Counted from the first letter of the stretch, positions 25,701 to 41,286 are shown. The stretch is DNA of 64,000 nucleotides from Blastocystis sp. Blastoise (GCA_039096225.1 JBBPEB010000030.1:868001-932000), one strand, 5' to 3'. Translations and numbers: made by a program. The notes: a model not told the origin generated them from the sequence alone.

Positions 25701-28700
25701 AAGCAAAAGTAGTAGATTTATCACCATAAGGATATAAATAGAATTCATTATCTTTAGTACCATAAGTAATATAACCATTATTAACAATCCATTTATTAAG
25801 AGGAACAATTCTAGATTCATCAACATTAACATTTAAGACAACAGGTAAAGTATGTGTATAAGTACCACTAAAAGAAGAAGTAATAGTTAATGGTTTAAAG
25901 TTACCCATATTAGTATCATAAGGAATACGAACAATATCACTAACAGTAATACCACTAGAAATAGAAGCAAAAGAGAAATATAAAGAATTTAATTGATAAC
26001 CAATATCATAATCAAAAACTTTTGAATCGACAGAAACAGTATTACCACTACCAATACTAATAGTACTACCAGAAATAGTAACCCAATAACTACGAGGTTG
26101 ACTACCTACAAATAATATATTATGTTGATAAGTCTTTAAAGTCTTATAACCACGAATAGGATCTAAATATTCACGAATATTTGATAATAAACCATTTTCT
26201 AAACCTAAATTAACTTCAATCATTCCACTAACTTTAGAAGGAATAGAAGAGAAACCAATACGAATACCACCAGTAGAAGAACCAGTAAATGATAAACCAG
26301 TTTCACCATTTTCTAAACCTCTCCAAGAACTAGGCCAATAAACATAATCATTACCACCTTCATTGAATATAATATTAGTTGGTTGATTATTATATACAGC
26401 TAAAGAAGCAGCATTACTCTTTTCTTCTCCATCAACTAATAAACCTTGAGGAATAGAAACAGTAGCATTACCTGCAGCATTAGGAACAACACCAATAATA
26501 ACACCATTAGGAGTTTTAGATAATTCAACAATACTACCACCATTAGGAAGAGAAATAGAAGATAAATCAGGACTATAGTTTCTATTAAATGAAATAGTAA
26601 CAGGAATAGGAATAGTCTTAGGACCAGTAATAGGATCCCAAGTAATAGAAGCAGTAATAGCAATAGAAGTGACTGTATAACTAGTAATACTAGTACTAGG
26701 AGCAGTAGTAGTAGATCCTAATTGACTAATAGTATCAGGTTTTAAGCCAATAGTATATTTAACAATTTGTTTTTCTTCAGTCTTATCAATAGCAGCTTTA
26801 GTTAAACTAATATGATAAATTTTATCAGATTGTTTTGTTACACCAGAAACAACATAATTCTCGATAAGTAATTTATCTTCAGTAACTTCATTAGAAATAT
26901 CAGTAGAGAAAGATAAAGTAGCTTGAGAAGGTGTAGAATAATTATCTAATACAAGTTTACTAGTAAAAGGTAAAGAATCGACAGTAGAATCACTAAGATA
27001 TACATGAACAGGACCATATTCAACAATATTATTCCAATTAGATAATACAATAAGAGCATTACCTGACCAATCATTATAAGAATTTGTAAGAGAAGTATAA
27101 GTAGTATCTCCTTTACCACAAGAAACAGTAGTACCTACTTTTTGCATCCAAAGAGTAACCCATTGTCCAGAAACACAAGGACTAGCATTTGTAGATTGTT
27201 GTTGAACACTTGGAGTAGAATCACTAGTAAGACGAGCACTAACGACACTATTACCACCACCTCCAAATACAAAAGTATTATAAGAATCTTCACTAGAAAC
27301 AGGATAAGGACGAACAGCTACAATAGCATCACCAGAACAACGAGTGTCAAAATAAATCTTCCATGAATCAGTAGAAGTAAAAGAAAAACGATGTTGTTGC
27401 CAATATCTATCATTATATTTATCACCAGCTTGTTTATTCATATATACATAATCAAATGATTTAGCAAATTCAAATTCAAATTTACATTCACTATCCATAT
27501 TAGTACCACAAACATTCTTATTAAACTTAATAATACCTTTAGAATTAACATCTTCATTATAATTAAGTGCGAAAGTAGCAGTAAAAAGTCTATTATTCTT
27601 TGAAACTGATTCTAACCAACCATTTTCAGCAGAGAAATCACTTGTTTCAAAAGAAACAGAGTTATAACTAAAATCAACAGTAAAAGTGAAATAATGAGAA
27701 GTAATAGGAATAGAAGCACTAGTATAAGCAAAAGGAGCAAATAATTTTTCAGCAGCATTAATAGTAAAAGAAATTGTATTACTTTCAATATTACCAGCAT
27801 TATTACTATCTACAACAGCATTTTGAATAACATATAAAGAAATACGTCCACCAACTAGAGTTACTTTACCAGTACATACATAATTATTTGTACTTTCAGT
27901 AACAATAGGTTCCCAAGTAATAGTATTAGAAGGATTAAGAGATAAAGAAGAACAAGTTAATCCAGTTACTTGTTTATTAAGATGAATATTAATAGATACA
28001 TTATTACCAGAAACAATAGTAGTTTCAGTAGAACTAATAGTAACAACAGGAATAGAAGCAGTATTATAAATAGAAGCTAATTGTTCTTCAGATAAAGCCA
28101 TAGAATAAATAGATAAATCACTGAATGACATTTCATTTTTAGAACCAATATAAAGAGGACAAGAAGTAGAATAATTTTCTAATACAATAGTAGTATCAAT
28201 AATTTGCTTAACTCCATCAATATAGAGATTTACAATACCTTCATTTTCAATATTAGAAATAGACACCATAATATGATGCCAAGCATATACTTGAGGAGCA
28301 TCAACTTCAATATAACTACTAGTAGTAGATATAGTTAATTTATTATTAATAATACTAAAACTATAATAAATATGAGTATCAGTATATTTACCAAATAATA
28401 AAATATTCTTATAGTTATCATTGACTTTATACCAGAAAGCAAAAGTGATACCAGTATTAGTATAACGATTGATGATATCATCAGAAGTAGAAGGACAATA
28501 CCATGATAAAGTATCACTAGTAAAAGCATAAGCAGTATTAGGTTGATTAGTAGGACCATAAACAAAAGGAATATTATTTAAATAACAAGCAGGACCATGA
28601 GAACTACTATCAATAGAATTATTTTCCATCTTATAATGTCTTAAAATAGGTGAAATAGCTTGAGATATAGTAAAAGCAGCAACAGATTGTTGAGTAGCAT

Positions 28701-31700
28701 CATAATCTTTAGCATATCCTTCAATACCACTTACAGTAATAGTAACAGGAGTACTAAGATCGGTGAATGTAGGAATAACAATAAGTTTATAATTATTTTC
28801 ATGTAATGATCCAGCAAAAATGCCTTGACCATTAGTAATAGTAATATCTTGTTCATTAAATAATTTCATTTGTTTATTACAAGTAATAGCATAAATTAAT
28901 TGAGGAGTAGAAATATCAGTACCAGTAACTGAAGGAGTCCAAGTACAAGTAGGTACAACAGGAGTATTAGTAGAATAAGTTAATACAATATCATTAGGAT
29001 AAGGTTGAGAAGTAGAAGCAGATAAGAATGTAGAAGCAGGGATAGTAACAGTATATTGAGAACCCATAGGTAAACCACCAGGAATATTAATAACAACTCT
29101 TCTAGAATATACAAAGACTACTTTATTATCAGGAGTTAAAGTTAAAGAATAACCAATAGTTTCATCTTGACTAGTAACAGTAATATCACCATCATAATAA
29201 ACAATATCTTGATTATAATCTAAGGTAATAACAAGATTAGCATCAGTAACTAAACCAGCAGCAGGAGTAATATCAGCATATAAAGCAAGAGGAGAAGAAC
29301 TAATAGTAAATTGGTAAGTATTAGCAGTAATATCAGCATAAGATGTAAAGAGAGAGTTACTCGTAGAAATAGTAACTATTTTACCAGAATTAGCGAATTC
29401 ATTAAGAGCAGTAAAAGGAATAGTAACATATTTTTCACTAGCAACAATAGTAGTAACATCTACAGGATAAGAAGTTTCTTCAACAATGAAATTAAAGGTA
29501 CCTTCAGTATTAAGAGTAATAGCTTGAGAGAATTCTAAAGTTAATTGAGTAATAGTAGCTAAATTAACATTAATAGCATTCATAGCAGGTTCATAACGAT
29601 TAATAACTAAAGAGGTACTATCTTGAATAGTAAATGTTTTTGTCATATCAGGGAAAGCATTACCAAGTATATCTTTAGCTTTAGTAAAAGTAACAGTAAC
29701 AATACCAGTATTAGGAGTATTAATAATAATATTTTGATTTAATAAATGATTATTATTTGTGTCTACAGATCCATTTTCAACAGATATAGTATAATAAGTA
29801 AGAACTTGATGATTATAGGTTACAGTAATAGATTGAGTAGACATAGTATTAATATCATTATAAAGACTAGTAAGAGTAGCAGAAGGAGTACTAATAGTTT
29901 TATAAAGAGTCTTTGTAAAATAATTAGTTTCTTCATTAAGAGAATTCTTACCGAATCCAACTAAACAAGTGAATGTAGCAGTTTGAATGGAAGCAGTATC
30001 TGTAGGAATCCAATTAATAAGTAAAGGATTGGACATAGCTTCACTGTCATAAGCACCAATAGTAAAACTATAAGCATCTCCAGTAATAGTACATTTAGTA
30101 TTATCAAAAGAAGTAATAGCACTAGAATATTTCATAGTATAACTATCATCAGAAGAAGTAATAGAAATAGTGGGTAAAGCATAGAGATTATAATAACTAG
30201 TAATTTCAGCATCAGTAAATAAACGTCTACTAAGTTTAAAGTCACCAATAGTAACACCACCATTCTCTCCTAAAGTAAGATAACCACCATCAGTAGGTAA
30301 ATTATTATCATAGAATTTACAAGATTGAACAAGTTGTCCATTAATAAAGACATCCTTAAGACCATCACCAATACCATCAATAGTATAACGAACAGCAATA
30401 TAAGTCCAAACACCTTGAGTAGTAGTAATACCAGTATTCATATAAGCACAAGTATCACTTTCAGGTCCATTAATTACCATAATTTCATGTTCACTGTTAA
30501 TACGAATATAATAATTACTATTATTAATGCCTTTACCATCTTTAAATAAAACAGTTTTTTCTCCATCAACATCTAATCTAAACCATAAAGATAAAGACAT
30601 TAAACTACCTTCTTTATCATAATAAGATTGAGCTAAAGATAAAGGTTGAGTATTTGTAGAAGTATATTGAATACCACCCATAACTAATTGAATAGCATCA
30701 TTAGCATTATTCTTACTATCAGCAATATAATTACCATGACCTAATAATTTACCAGTAGCACCAATATTATTTTGATAATTCAAATTTAAGATTTCATTGG
30801 ATTCAACAGTAAATGTATAAGTAGTAGGGAAAGTAGAAGAAACAGTTAATACATATCCATCAGTACCTAATAAGAAACCATTATTAAAAGTAACAGTTAA
30901 AGCCTCTTCTTTACGATCAATTAAAATGATATAACTATATAGAATAAAAAAGTTATTTTAGAAATTTATTAAATAATATAAAATTAAAAAAATAATAATA
31001 ATAATAAATAAATAAAAAATAAATGAAAATAAACATACGAAGAAGATAAACGATTATAATGAATAGCAGAAACAATAGAAGCAGTTCCAGAGAGAGTAAT
31101 TTTAGAGACATCAACTCTATAATTATCACTCATTGTAAGATAGATAGGAATATATTTAAAATAACTAGCAGATTCAGGGTAATACGAAGTAAGAGGTACA
31201 GTAAATACAGTATTGTAACCTTGAGTAATACATAAAGTATTAGATTCTTGATTTAATGCCATATCCGTACTAATAACAATATCAGAAGCAATTCTAAAAC
31301 ATGATTGTTCAGGTTTAATGACAGTAAGAGAAGCAGTCCAAACATATTGATAAGTAGATCCAGCAGCTGAAGCAAAATTACTAAATATAGTATAAGTATC
31401 TTTAGTAATATCAGCACTAGTAAGAGATTGAACAGGTTTTGTAAATGTAAATGTTACAGTAACAGCCTCAGAACGAACAATAGTATTTTCAGGAATATTA
31501 CTTGTAATAGTAACCATATTAAGACCAGCATCTATATATATAATGTATTTATAAATAACTAAATTATATAAAAATAAATATACTTATAGTCCAAGAAGAA
31601 CTAGCAGAAGCTATAGTCTTTAATTTATTACCATATTCTAAATCACCCTTCACATATAAAGTAACATGAGTTAATCCCATAGGATTCACATTGATAATAT

Positions 31701-32998
31701 ATCTATAGATTCATTATAATAATAATAATAATAATATATATATATATACTTTCCATTATTCATATTTCTAAGATTAGAGAGAACAGCAGTATCGGAAACA
31801 ACGATATTCTCAACAGCAAAAGGAGTAGTGAATTGAATATTACTACCAAAATCAATAGTAACATCAAAAGAACCAGTATAAGAAGAATGAGAAGAACTAA
31901 TAGTAGGCTTAATAGGATTTACTATAGAGAATATTAATATTATTAAATAATAATTATAATAATAAAATAAAAATATATAAATACCTTGTTCTCTAATATA
32001 ATAATAACAATGAGTATTATCACCAAGAGCACCACCACATCCATTAATATAATTATTAGCATCTGTTGAATCTTTAGTTAAACGACCTAAGAATAAATCA
32101 GTAGAGGCTTCAATAGATGTATTTTCATTTTCAATAGTAACATCAGCATTACAAGACTTCCAACCATAGACATTATTCTTAGCATTAAATTTAGAAATAG
32201 TATAAGATGAAGAAGCACTATAGAAATAGTTATAGATATCAAATAGGAAAATAAATAAAAAAATATTAATAAATATTTAAATAATAATAAAAAAAAAAAC
32301 AAATCATACCTGTTATCAACAATGACAGAAGCATCATTAGAAAAAGAAGAACAAGATTGAGTTACAGTTTTCATATTTATAAAATCATTAAAGGAGGAAG
32401 TACTAGGGAAATGTAAAGTAGAATATTGACCAGAAGTCCAAGAACTTTGTTTAGCCATAATAGATACAGCATTTAAGTTAGAAGCAGGATTCATACCAAT
32501 AAAATCATGAGAAGAAATATCACTCATGGTTTCAGTAACAAAAGGTATATCATAATCTATCCAAGAAGTGTAAGGAAGTTTGTAAGGTACATCAGCATAA
32601 TTGGCGTTAGCATACCATAAAGTCCAACCACCACCATTAGTAACCATATCACAGTATGTACGATAAGGAGAGCTAAATAGTATGTATAAATAAATATTGT
32701 GTTAAAATGGTTTTGAAAAAGTAATCACATCAGAAAAATAGAACATAAAGATGCAAAGCAAAGAATGTAAAAAAAACTTACGTTGATTCATAATTGGTTA
32801 TGTAATAAAAACCATTTTCAGAGGAAGGATAATCCCTTAAGATCTTCAAACAAGATGATGAAGCTGTTTGAAATGTTTTACCTAAAGAATAAAAAACAAA
32901 TTAGCCGCAATTTGACAAACAAAGAAAAGATAAAAAATACCATCATAGGAAGCTCCAAGAACAACTCCAATAAATAAGAGAAGTAATGAAATAGACAT
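22765..32998 (-). CDS. Giant (~3,200 aa) secreted mosaic adhesin/lectin-like protein: signal peptide, fibrinogen-like YCDxxxxGGGW domain, bacterial-type Ig-like repeats, 2 LamG/ConA-like, 2-3 FAMeT-like, WSC and 2 DUF1349-like ConA domains
   Basis: ATG 32998 MSISLLLLFIGVVLGA (signal peptide). Spliced SCLKILRDYPSSENGFYYI..PYRTYCDMVTNGGGWTL. LamG motifs SLSLWFR..WTYIAVRY..VFINGQL and TFAFWYK..WHHIMVS..LYIDG. WSC: LGCY..TQEECQSRC..FFAVYQGNKCLC..CNTVCSGDSTNYCGG. Ig repeats such as DITAPTVT..MQFSKAV and VTVTFSVGVTGFDNSDF. One 7.9-kb exon 30934-22991; the last exon ends ..LEINQQ-TAA at 22767-22765. Confidence 0.88.
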
Positions 32999-34460
32999 TT
33001 TTGCTTTAATGAATTAAAACAATAAACTTGAAGAATTAGATTTTTTAATTTTCTATTTATTTATTCTTTGCATTGTATATTATATACAATGAAGTCCTTA
33101 TACGTTCCATTTATTCCCGCATAATATGAGGGGTTATCTTTTAAAATGACCATTATTTTATCCAATGAAATAAGAATCGAAAAATCAGTATGAAACATAA
33201 CTTGTTCATGGGGAACAACCTGAACAAATTTTTTTTTTTCAAACAACTTTTAGGGAAACACAAGATTAAATAAACGTCATTTTACTCGTTGTTTTAGGTG
33301 TGTCATCTTCTTTTATGACGAACAAGTTACACAAATTTAGAATTCCCAATATTATCAGCGAAAGATAATGATATTTTCCAAAAAAATATATTGAGTAATA
33401 GTAGACCTACGATTAGAAACTACAGAGAGATGTGTCATTCATTCTGTGTCATCAGTCTTGTGTTTTAGGCGATTCTAGACACAATAACTTCAGGAACCGC
33501 CTCTTTAGAAAAATCTTTTTTCACTTTTTTATAGTAATCTATGTGTTTTTTTAAATATATTTACTAATTATTAAAGATCATTTTTTTTTAGTGTATTAAC
33601 AGATGTAATGTTTCGATCATTATTTGTTATGTTTAATAATGTTAAAAATATATTTTAGAAAAATTGTTTTTATTTTCATTCTAAGTACACGTTGAAAGTC
33701 ATTATGTAGATATAGACGTGATTACACAAGTTATTTCTTTTATTTGATCAAGTGACATGACATTATTTTATTCAGAGACATATTTTTTGTTGATAAAACG
33801 AAAAGAAAAACAAAAATTCCATACTTTTTGGAGAATCCAGTTTTTTTTTGTATTAATTTGTTCGTATTTCTTTGTTTATATATTTTTATTATTTGCTAAT
33901 AATCGAATTCAATATGTATTTATGAACAGCACATCTAGGATGCGTTTTAATGTAAAATGAAGCTTTTTATTACTTTATGATGACTTTTTACATAAGAAAA
34001 CGTGAACCAACACTATTTAATTGAACGTAATGACTCCATGTATAGAATCCCAGATTATATTAACATATAAAATCTCGTTAGTACTTTCCATATTTTAGTC
34101 ATATGGGGTCACATTCATTGATTTGATCCCTTATATAGTTTCGTAATATTTCAAATAGTAAGTTTTATGAAATGTATATTTACATTTTTTTATAAAACCA
34201 AAAATGAAAAAAAATACAATAGAAATAAAACGTTAACAACAACAAATGTAACAATAAGATGTTTAAAAACGAAAAGAATAAAGAAAAATGATAAATAAAC
34301 AGAGGAAAAACAGTTCAAGAAACATACTTACATAATTTAATAAATCAATAAACTTTAAATATATAGAATAGTCAATACTAAGATGACACTAATAACAAAA
34401 ATAGGAAAAAAAATAATATTTTGGTTTAAACCATTAAAAATAAAATGAATATAATTTTAT

Positions 34461-35256
34461 TTAGAAGACTTTAATACTGTCAAATATATTTGTTTCTCTA
34501 TTATAGGATTGTTGAGCAGCAATATAATTATTCTCTATCTTTTCAAATCTTGAGATAAGTCTAGAAATTATATATATATAATATAAATGCTACTTTTATT
34601 GTTAATATATAGAAGAAAATTTAATAATAAAAATTATTATTTATGTATAAAAATGAATATAAATATAAATATAAATATATATATAGATACGCTCCAGGAG
34701 TAGAGATCATATTAGCGGCAACAAGTGATTTTAATTGAGATTTATAAGTATCGATTTCTGTGAGGCGTTGAGGGACTAGAGAGATGAAATACATTTTATT
34801 GGTTCCCTCGGCGGCCGTTAGGGAGTTCGTAGCGAATATATACCAAGCATCTAAGATACTATATATTATATATATAAATATATATATAGTTGTTAAAAAC
34901 TAATTAATGATTATATATATATATATACTCAGCAAGAATAGTAAGAAGAAGTATAACTGAGTCTTGATCCTCTTCACTTCTATATATAGTATACATACAA
35001 GAATAAAGAGTATCATAGCTAACACCTGATTGGTGGAAAGTATTCACGAACCAATTATCAGGGACATCACCACGTGACACAGCGACTGGAATTAATGTAT
35101 AAAGAATTTGCATCACAGGGAACATTTCTGTAAACTCTATATATATATATATATATTATAGTAAAAGAAATTATATATATATATATACTATTAGGAATAT
35201 ATTTCTTTCCCCAAATAATAAGTTTTTGACTTAAAGGAATCCATCTATATATATAT

Positions 35257-35294
<38 letters not shown>

Positions 35295-36135
35295 CAAAGA
35301 TTCATTTTGGAATTGAAGAATAGTATTATTTATTAATTGTTCCCAAAGTGCTCCAATGTGAGATATTTGATTAGAATTACATACATTCATAATATCTAAA
35401 GCACATTCAATCAACTCATATTTTATAGCAAAGTTATTATATAAATCGGAAGAAGGATAACATACATAACGAAGAGACTATATATAATATATATATAATA
35501 AATAATATATATAATATATAATATATATACTTGAATATTCTCTTCAATTACTTGAATCTCATTAAGATCACTTTAGATAGGAAAATATATATTATAGGTA
35601 TTGAATAAAGATATAAAAATAAATATATATATTTATAATATATAATAAATATAAAAACATAAATACTCCATTTCTTCTCTTTTGTGTTTCAGGTGCATCA
35701 TAATTGTGTTCTGAATGACGAGTAGTTCGCGACACACTCGGAGATTCTCAGCTACAGCACTGCTGTTACTCACATCAATTATTCCTTGGCAAGCATTGAA
35801 GTTGGAAATAGCCGTATTAATATATTGTATTCTTTGATCCAAAGTAGGATTCGACTCTAAACGATCCCCAGTATTTTGAGAGGCCATTTCAGCCATAGTT
35901 TGAGATGCAGAGAAATAATCCTTTGCATATATATACCATCTCCATAAGACATATTTATCACGATCAGTTAAATATTCCACAATAAAGTTTGATTTAATAG
36001 TAATAAGATAGCTCTTATAAGGGGATTCGTAGATATGATTATATAAATAATAATGGAACAACTTATCTTTACTACAACATATCTGATTAAGGAAGTCGAC
36101 AAGAGAGCTACTGAAATCCATATCATCCTTGGGTA

Positions 36136-36197
<62 letters not shown>

Positions 36198-36294
36198 ATT
36201 CATATTGAGTTGATAGTCTACATGTGTTACAACGGCCTTATATATATTCATACGAACTGAATATGCTGAATATACCAAACTAGACTTGGCATAA

Positions 36295-36330
<36 letters not shown>

Positions 36331-36754
36331 TACTTCATTATGTGAATAAATATCTGGTAACTCTTCAACCTAAAAATAATAATAAATATATAAATAATAA
36401 TAAATATATAAATAATAATAAATATATATATACCTTTTCATTTGTGAATATGAATACAGTATATAAATACATATCAATAGCAGCAAAAGATCCACATTTA
36501 TTCGCGATTATTTCGGCAACTTCGCACACATTACGAAGAAGATTATCATGGTCCCAACATGTTATACCTTCTTTTAATAACCCATATAGACTCTTAGAGT
36601 CTTGATAGTTATGTGTATTATTGGTACGAGAAAGGAGTTTATAATATAATAAACAACCGCGGTTAAAGTAATAAGGAGCCATGTCATAAAGATACTCCGA
36701 GAGCTGGTCACAACGAGATATATAGAAGAATGATAATAAGTATAAGTATACAAA

Positions 36755-36799
<45 letters not shown>

Positions 36800-37537
36800 T
36801 CATCTTCATTGTTCTCAAATAAATGAGATACAATAGAACGAATGGTTTGTGTTCCCTTTTCGTTAATAAAGAGGGATTGTAAGTTAACGGTCGTAACATC
36901 TTTTGCATTAGGAGTGAAATTATATAAAGAAGAAGATGGATGTGAATATAACTATATATATATAGTTATATATATATATATATAGAACTATATATACTTG
37001 AATAAATAAAGCGAACAATTGTTTCATCTTATCCATCATGGAGAGGAGAGAAGAGAGATGTTCTGGAAGAGGCATATCTTTAAGTTCTGTATTAAAGAAG
37101 TTAAATAGACTAATAAAGTGTTTATATAAGAATTGAAGAGTACTCAGAGAACAATGGAGAGTATATTCATATTGTGTATCATTTTTGACTTTAAAAGAGA
37201 ATAGAGGAGAGAGCCAAATACAGGAAAGGAAACGAGATATATATAATTTAACTCCTTGATATTTCATTTGATTATAATCATCACGATTATTATCAGAGTT
37301 AATAAGGGAACGTTGTTGAGGAATACTATTCCCAAAGGGGGATACGCGGGATTGGGGCATATAAGAAGGAGTTGGAAGAGTAACAAACGAAGAAGAATTC
37401 GAGAAATAATAAGCAACAGTATTTCTAGAAGCTGGATCCATAATTGCCAAATGAAGGAGTAAACACATTGTTTCTTCAACTCCAAAATATGATGTGAATT
37501 TTCTCAAATTAAACTCACTATGAGAACCAAAAACAAT

Positions 37538-37589
<52 letters not shown>

Positions 37590-37770
37590 GTATAATATAT
37601 ATATATAATGTATATATATACACTTCTAAGTTGATCTAGAGTAGTGTTAGTTTGATATTCATAGAGACCTATATATTGTTGTATAGAATAACTATATTAT
37701 ATATATATATATATACCCATATTTGTAAGTACATATAAAGTACGAGGAAGGAAGGAATATGGAGAAAAAC

Positions 37771-37848
<78 letters not shown>

Positions 37849-40245
37849 GATGAGTAGATGGATGAATAATACTGACTGATGGGATCTATATAATATAATA
37901 TAATAAAATATAATATATATATATACCACTAGGATAGGATGCTTCATAGATATTAACACAGGTCTCCATGAGGGTTTCTAAATGAACGTTCTCCTGATAA
38001 GGCACAGTAGAGGACGAGGAATAGTGCTCCATTATATCATGACTCAAACCTATATATATATTATGTAAACATAAACATATATATAAACATATATATAAAC
38101 ATATAAACATATATATAAACCTATAAATATATATATAAACATAAATATAATGTAAACATATATATAAACATATATATAAACATACAAACAAAATCGTTTT
38201 GTTGTTGTTTATATAATAAAATGCTAACTCCACCATATACATAACTAGCTTGTACCCTTTCTCCTATATCCTGAATCTCTTTTCCCCGCGGGGGAAGAGG
38301 AGAATCATTACGACGGTCAATAACACTACTAATACGAGGAGGCATGAGTATCTATATATATATATATATATATTTACATATACAGCAATAATATTAATAT
38401 ATAGTAAAATATACAGCAATAATATCAATATATTTATCTCCTTTTTTAAGACCACGAGAATCCCCCAAAAAGATACGAATACCCTCACGAGTTACTAGAA
38501 CAGCGAACGTATTTTTGTACTGATCCCCCAGGGAAGGAGTTATATGAATATCTTGAATGAATAACTATATATATATATAATACAACATATATAATATACG
38601 TGATTATTGTCTTTTCCATTTCGTTTTTTAGGAGCAAAGATGGTGTCTTCAGGAGCTGAAATCCCGCGGTTATGTTGACAGAATCTAAAGCATCGATTAA
38701 GAAGATCATCAATAGTCAAGAGATGCTGAAATTTATCACGATTATCTCCCAAGTTATATATAGATACACTATCTTTAGTATCAATACAATAACTATAGAA
38801 AATAAAGGATAAACATAATTATATTAAACAAATATAAATATATTTATTGAATAGCTATGAATATGATAGTATATAAAAAGTAAATAAATAAATATAATAA
38901 TAAATATAATAATAAATATATATATATATAATAATAAATACAGATATCCTCTCCCTTGATCATATTTGACTTTTATGATAGGATTATTCTTATATAGAAC
39001 GTCATAGAAATAGGGGACCATTCCAGCCAAATATGATCTTGTGAGGTTATTTACATATATATGAAGATTCAAACCAAAAAGATTGAGAAAAGAAGAATCG
39101 TTGTTATAGATAATTTCATAAAGAGATCCATCATTGCCGACCATAAAGATTCTGCCCTCGGGCGTTCCTATTGGTTGACTGAGAACAACACCCTCCGTAC
39201 CACAACAGAACTCGGTAGTATTAATAGATAACTATAAAGTAGAAAGATAGATAGGATAGTATAAGATGCATTATATGTATATATATAGAAAATTAATCAA
39301 AACTAATTATACAAGAATCTAAAAGAATACATTAACAATATTTATAATGATAAAAATAAAAATAATAAAATAATAAAAAAAAAATTTAAAAAAAAAATAA
39401 ATAACAAAAAAAATAAATTAAAAATAAATTAACAATAAAAATAAAAAATAGATAAAAAAATAATATCAACAATATCAATATCTAATAAATATTCATACAA
39501 CGGTATGTTCAGGTCCTTCCATCGACAAACGTAATAAATGAAGAGTAGCAGTTGTTGATATAATTAATAAATACTATATATATAATAATAATAGAATAAT
39601 AAGAATAGGATCAAATATATATATATATGACTATCCATATAATTACATACATCATCTGCATTTAATATTCCTTTTTTTGGCTTTACAAGACCAACACTGA
39701 CAATTGGATTCTTTAAATCTGAATAAGTAACAAAATCATCACCTTTCGAATAATTCCATAAATAAAGAGTATTATTCACAGAAATCCATACGCGATTGAT
39801 TTCAGGAAACATGCCTGATAATTTAGGACGGTCTGATACTTGACTTAAAATAACACGAGGAAGAGTCATCATTCGCTTACGTTCTACCTACATAGAATTG
39901 AAATTAAATATTCGTATTACATAAGAAAATTAATAAAGAAATATCATAAATGAATTAAAAATGAATTAAGAATGAAAGAAATAGTAAAAAATTGAAAAAT
40001 AAAATACCATTGGCTTCCAATTTGATGCTTTATCATTGAAAGGTCCGAGATGATATATACTTCCAAATGCAGAATAATTCAGCATACTCCTAAAATCATA
40101 GCTAGCATTATCATGAGCAATCGACTATATAAAAATAAAGAAAAAAAAAGAATAAGCTTACAATAGAGATATCATCGCAAATAGCTTCAGAAATCTTTGT
40201 TTCTTGATTCATTAAAGGAACGACAGAATGTTGATTAAAGTTCAT
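34461..40245 (-). CDS. NUP155: Nucleoporin Nup155/Nup170 family, many introns
   Basis: [35 protein letters not shown]; [21 protein letters not shown]; [17 protein letters not shown]; [29 protein letters not shown]; [19 protein letters not shown]. These are all Nup155 hallmarks. ATG 40245, TAA 34463-34461. Confidence 0.92.
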
Positions 40246-41286
40246 TTGTTCTTATAGTTCTAAATATTGATAAATATACTATAGTGATAGTAGAATTATA
40301 CATAGAAAAAAGTGATTTTATAGAAATACACAGCTTTATATAAGAATAAAACAAATTAAGAGTATTCTGTTTGTTTTTGAAGTAAAAATTTAATACTCTC
40401 CTTGATGAACCGTGTCGAAATAAAAATGACCCATAAATTGCTATATTCCCATGTTTATGTCAAATAAAAGTAATATTTTTTCTTTTACTTTAAATTCTAT
40501 TTTATATTTTATATAACTAGTATATATGTCTATTTATTAATAAGATATGAAAAAATGAATAACATTTTAAACAAAAAGTATTTTATTAATATTATAGCGA
40601 TTAATCAACTTAGTCTTTAAGTTATTTTTCAATAAATAAAGAAGTAAAAAAGATAAATCACGTTTTTTTATATTTATTTGGAAATATTTCACTTTTATTC
40701 TAATTTTTCTATTATAGAGTCTCTACTTATAGCTAGAACCTCAGGTAATAAAAAAACGTTTTTTTTCAATGATTTCATGTGACATAATCCCAGATCTCAT
40801 TTAAAAAACTGTCTTTCTTATTATTCTGATATGCTTAAGAGGATAATAGAATAGGATATAATAAAAACAATTTGTAATATTGAGAATCATTTGTCAATAA
40901 ATAAAATTCGATATATTGAAGGGTTATAAGTGGACTCATTATGCTACAAATAACTAAACAAAAATAATTAAAGACTTTTCAATTATAATATCCTGACTAT
41001 CAGTTGACTGATAATTAATCAAAATGAAAAATATAGAAAAACAATTTTTTAATATACATTTTTATATATAAACAAATATATACATACATATGCCGCAAAA
41101 AAATAAAGTATTCAGCACTTTATTATAATAACCAATGAATCGCAAAAAAAGAAATTAATGTTACAAAAAAAAATAATACCAATATATATATAAATATCTA
41201 TATAATTGTCAAAAAAAGAAAAATATAAAAGTGATTCTAATTAATAAAACAATTTAACAAAGAAAATATATAATAGTATGTAACAT

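Noticed and set aside
23997-30549. Small overlapping or antisense ORFs within the giant gene (and 41465, 43807 within PYC)
   Set aside because: Shadow ORFs expected from the strong codon bias of the main frame; no recognisable domains.
40998-41013. Inverted repeat TATCAGT-TG-ACTGATA as a terminator or transposon end
   Set aside because: Too short, with no partner end or transposase; at most a palindromic factor site.
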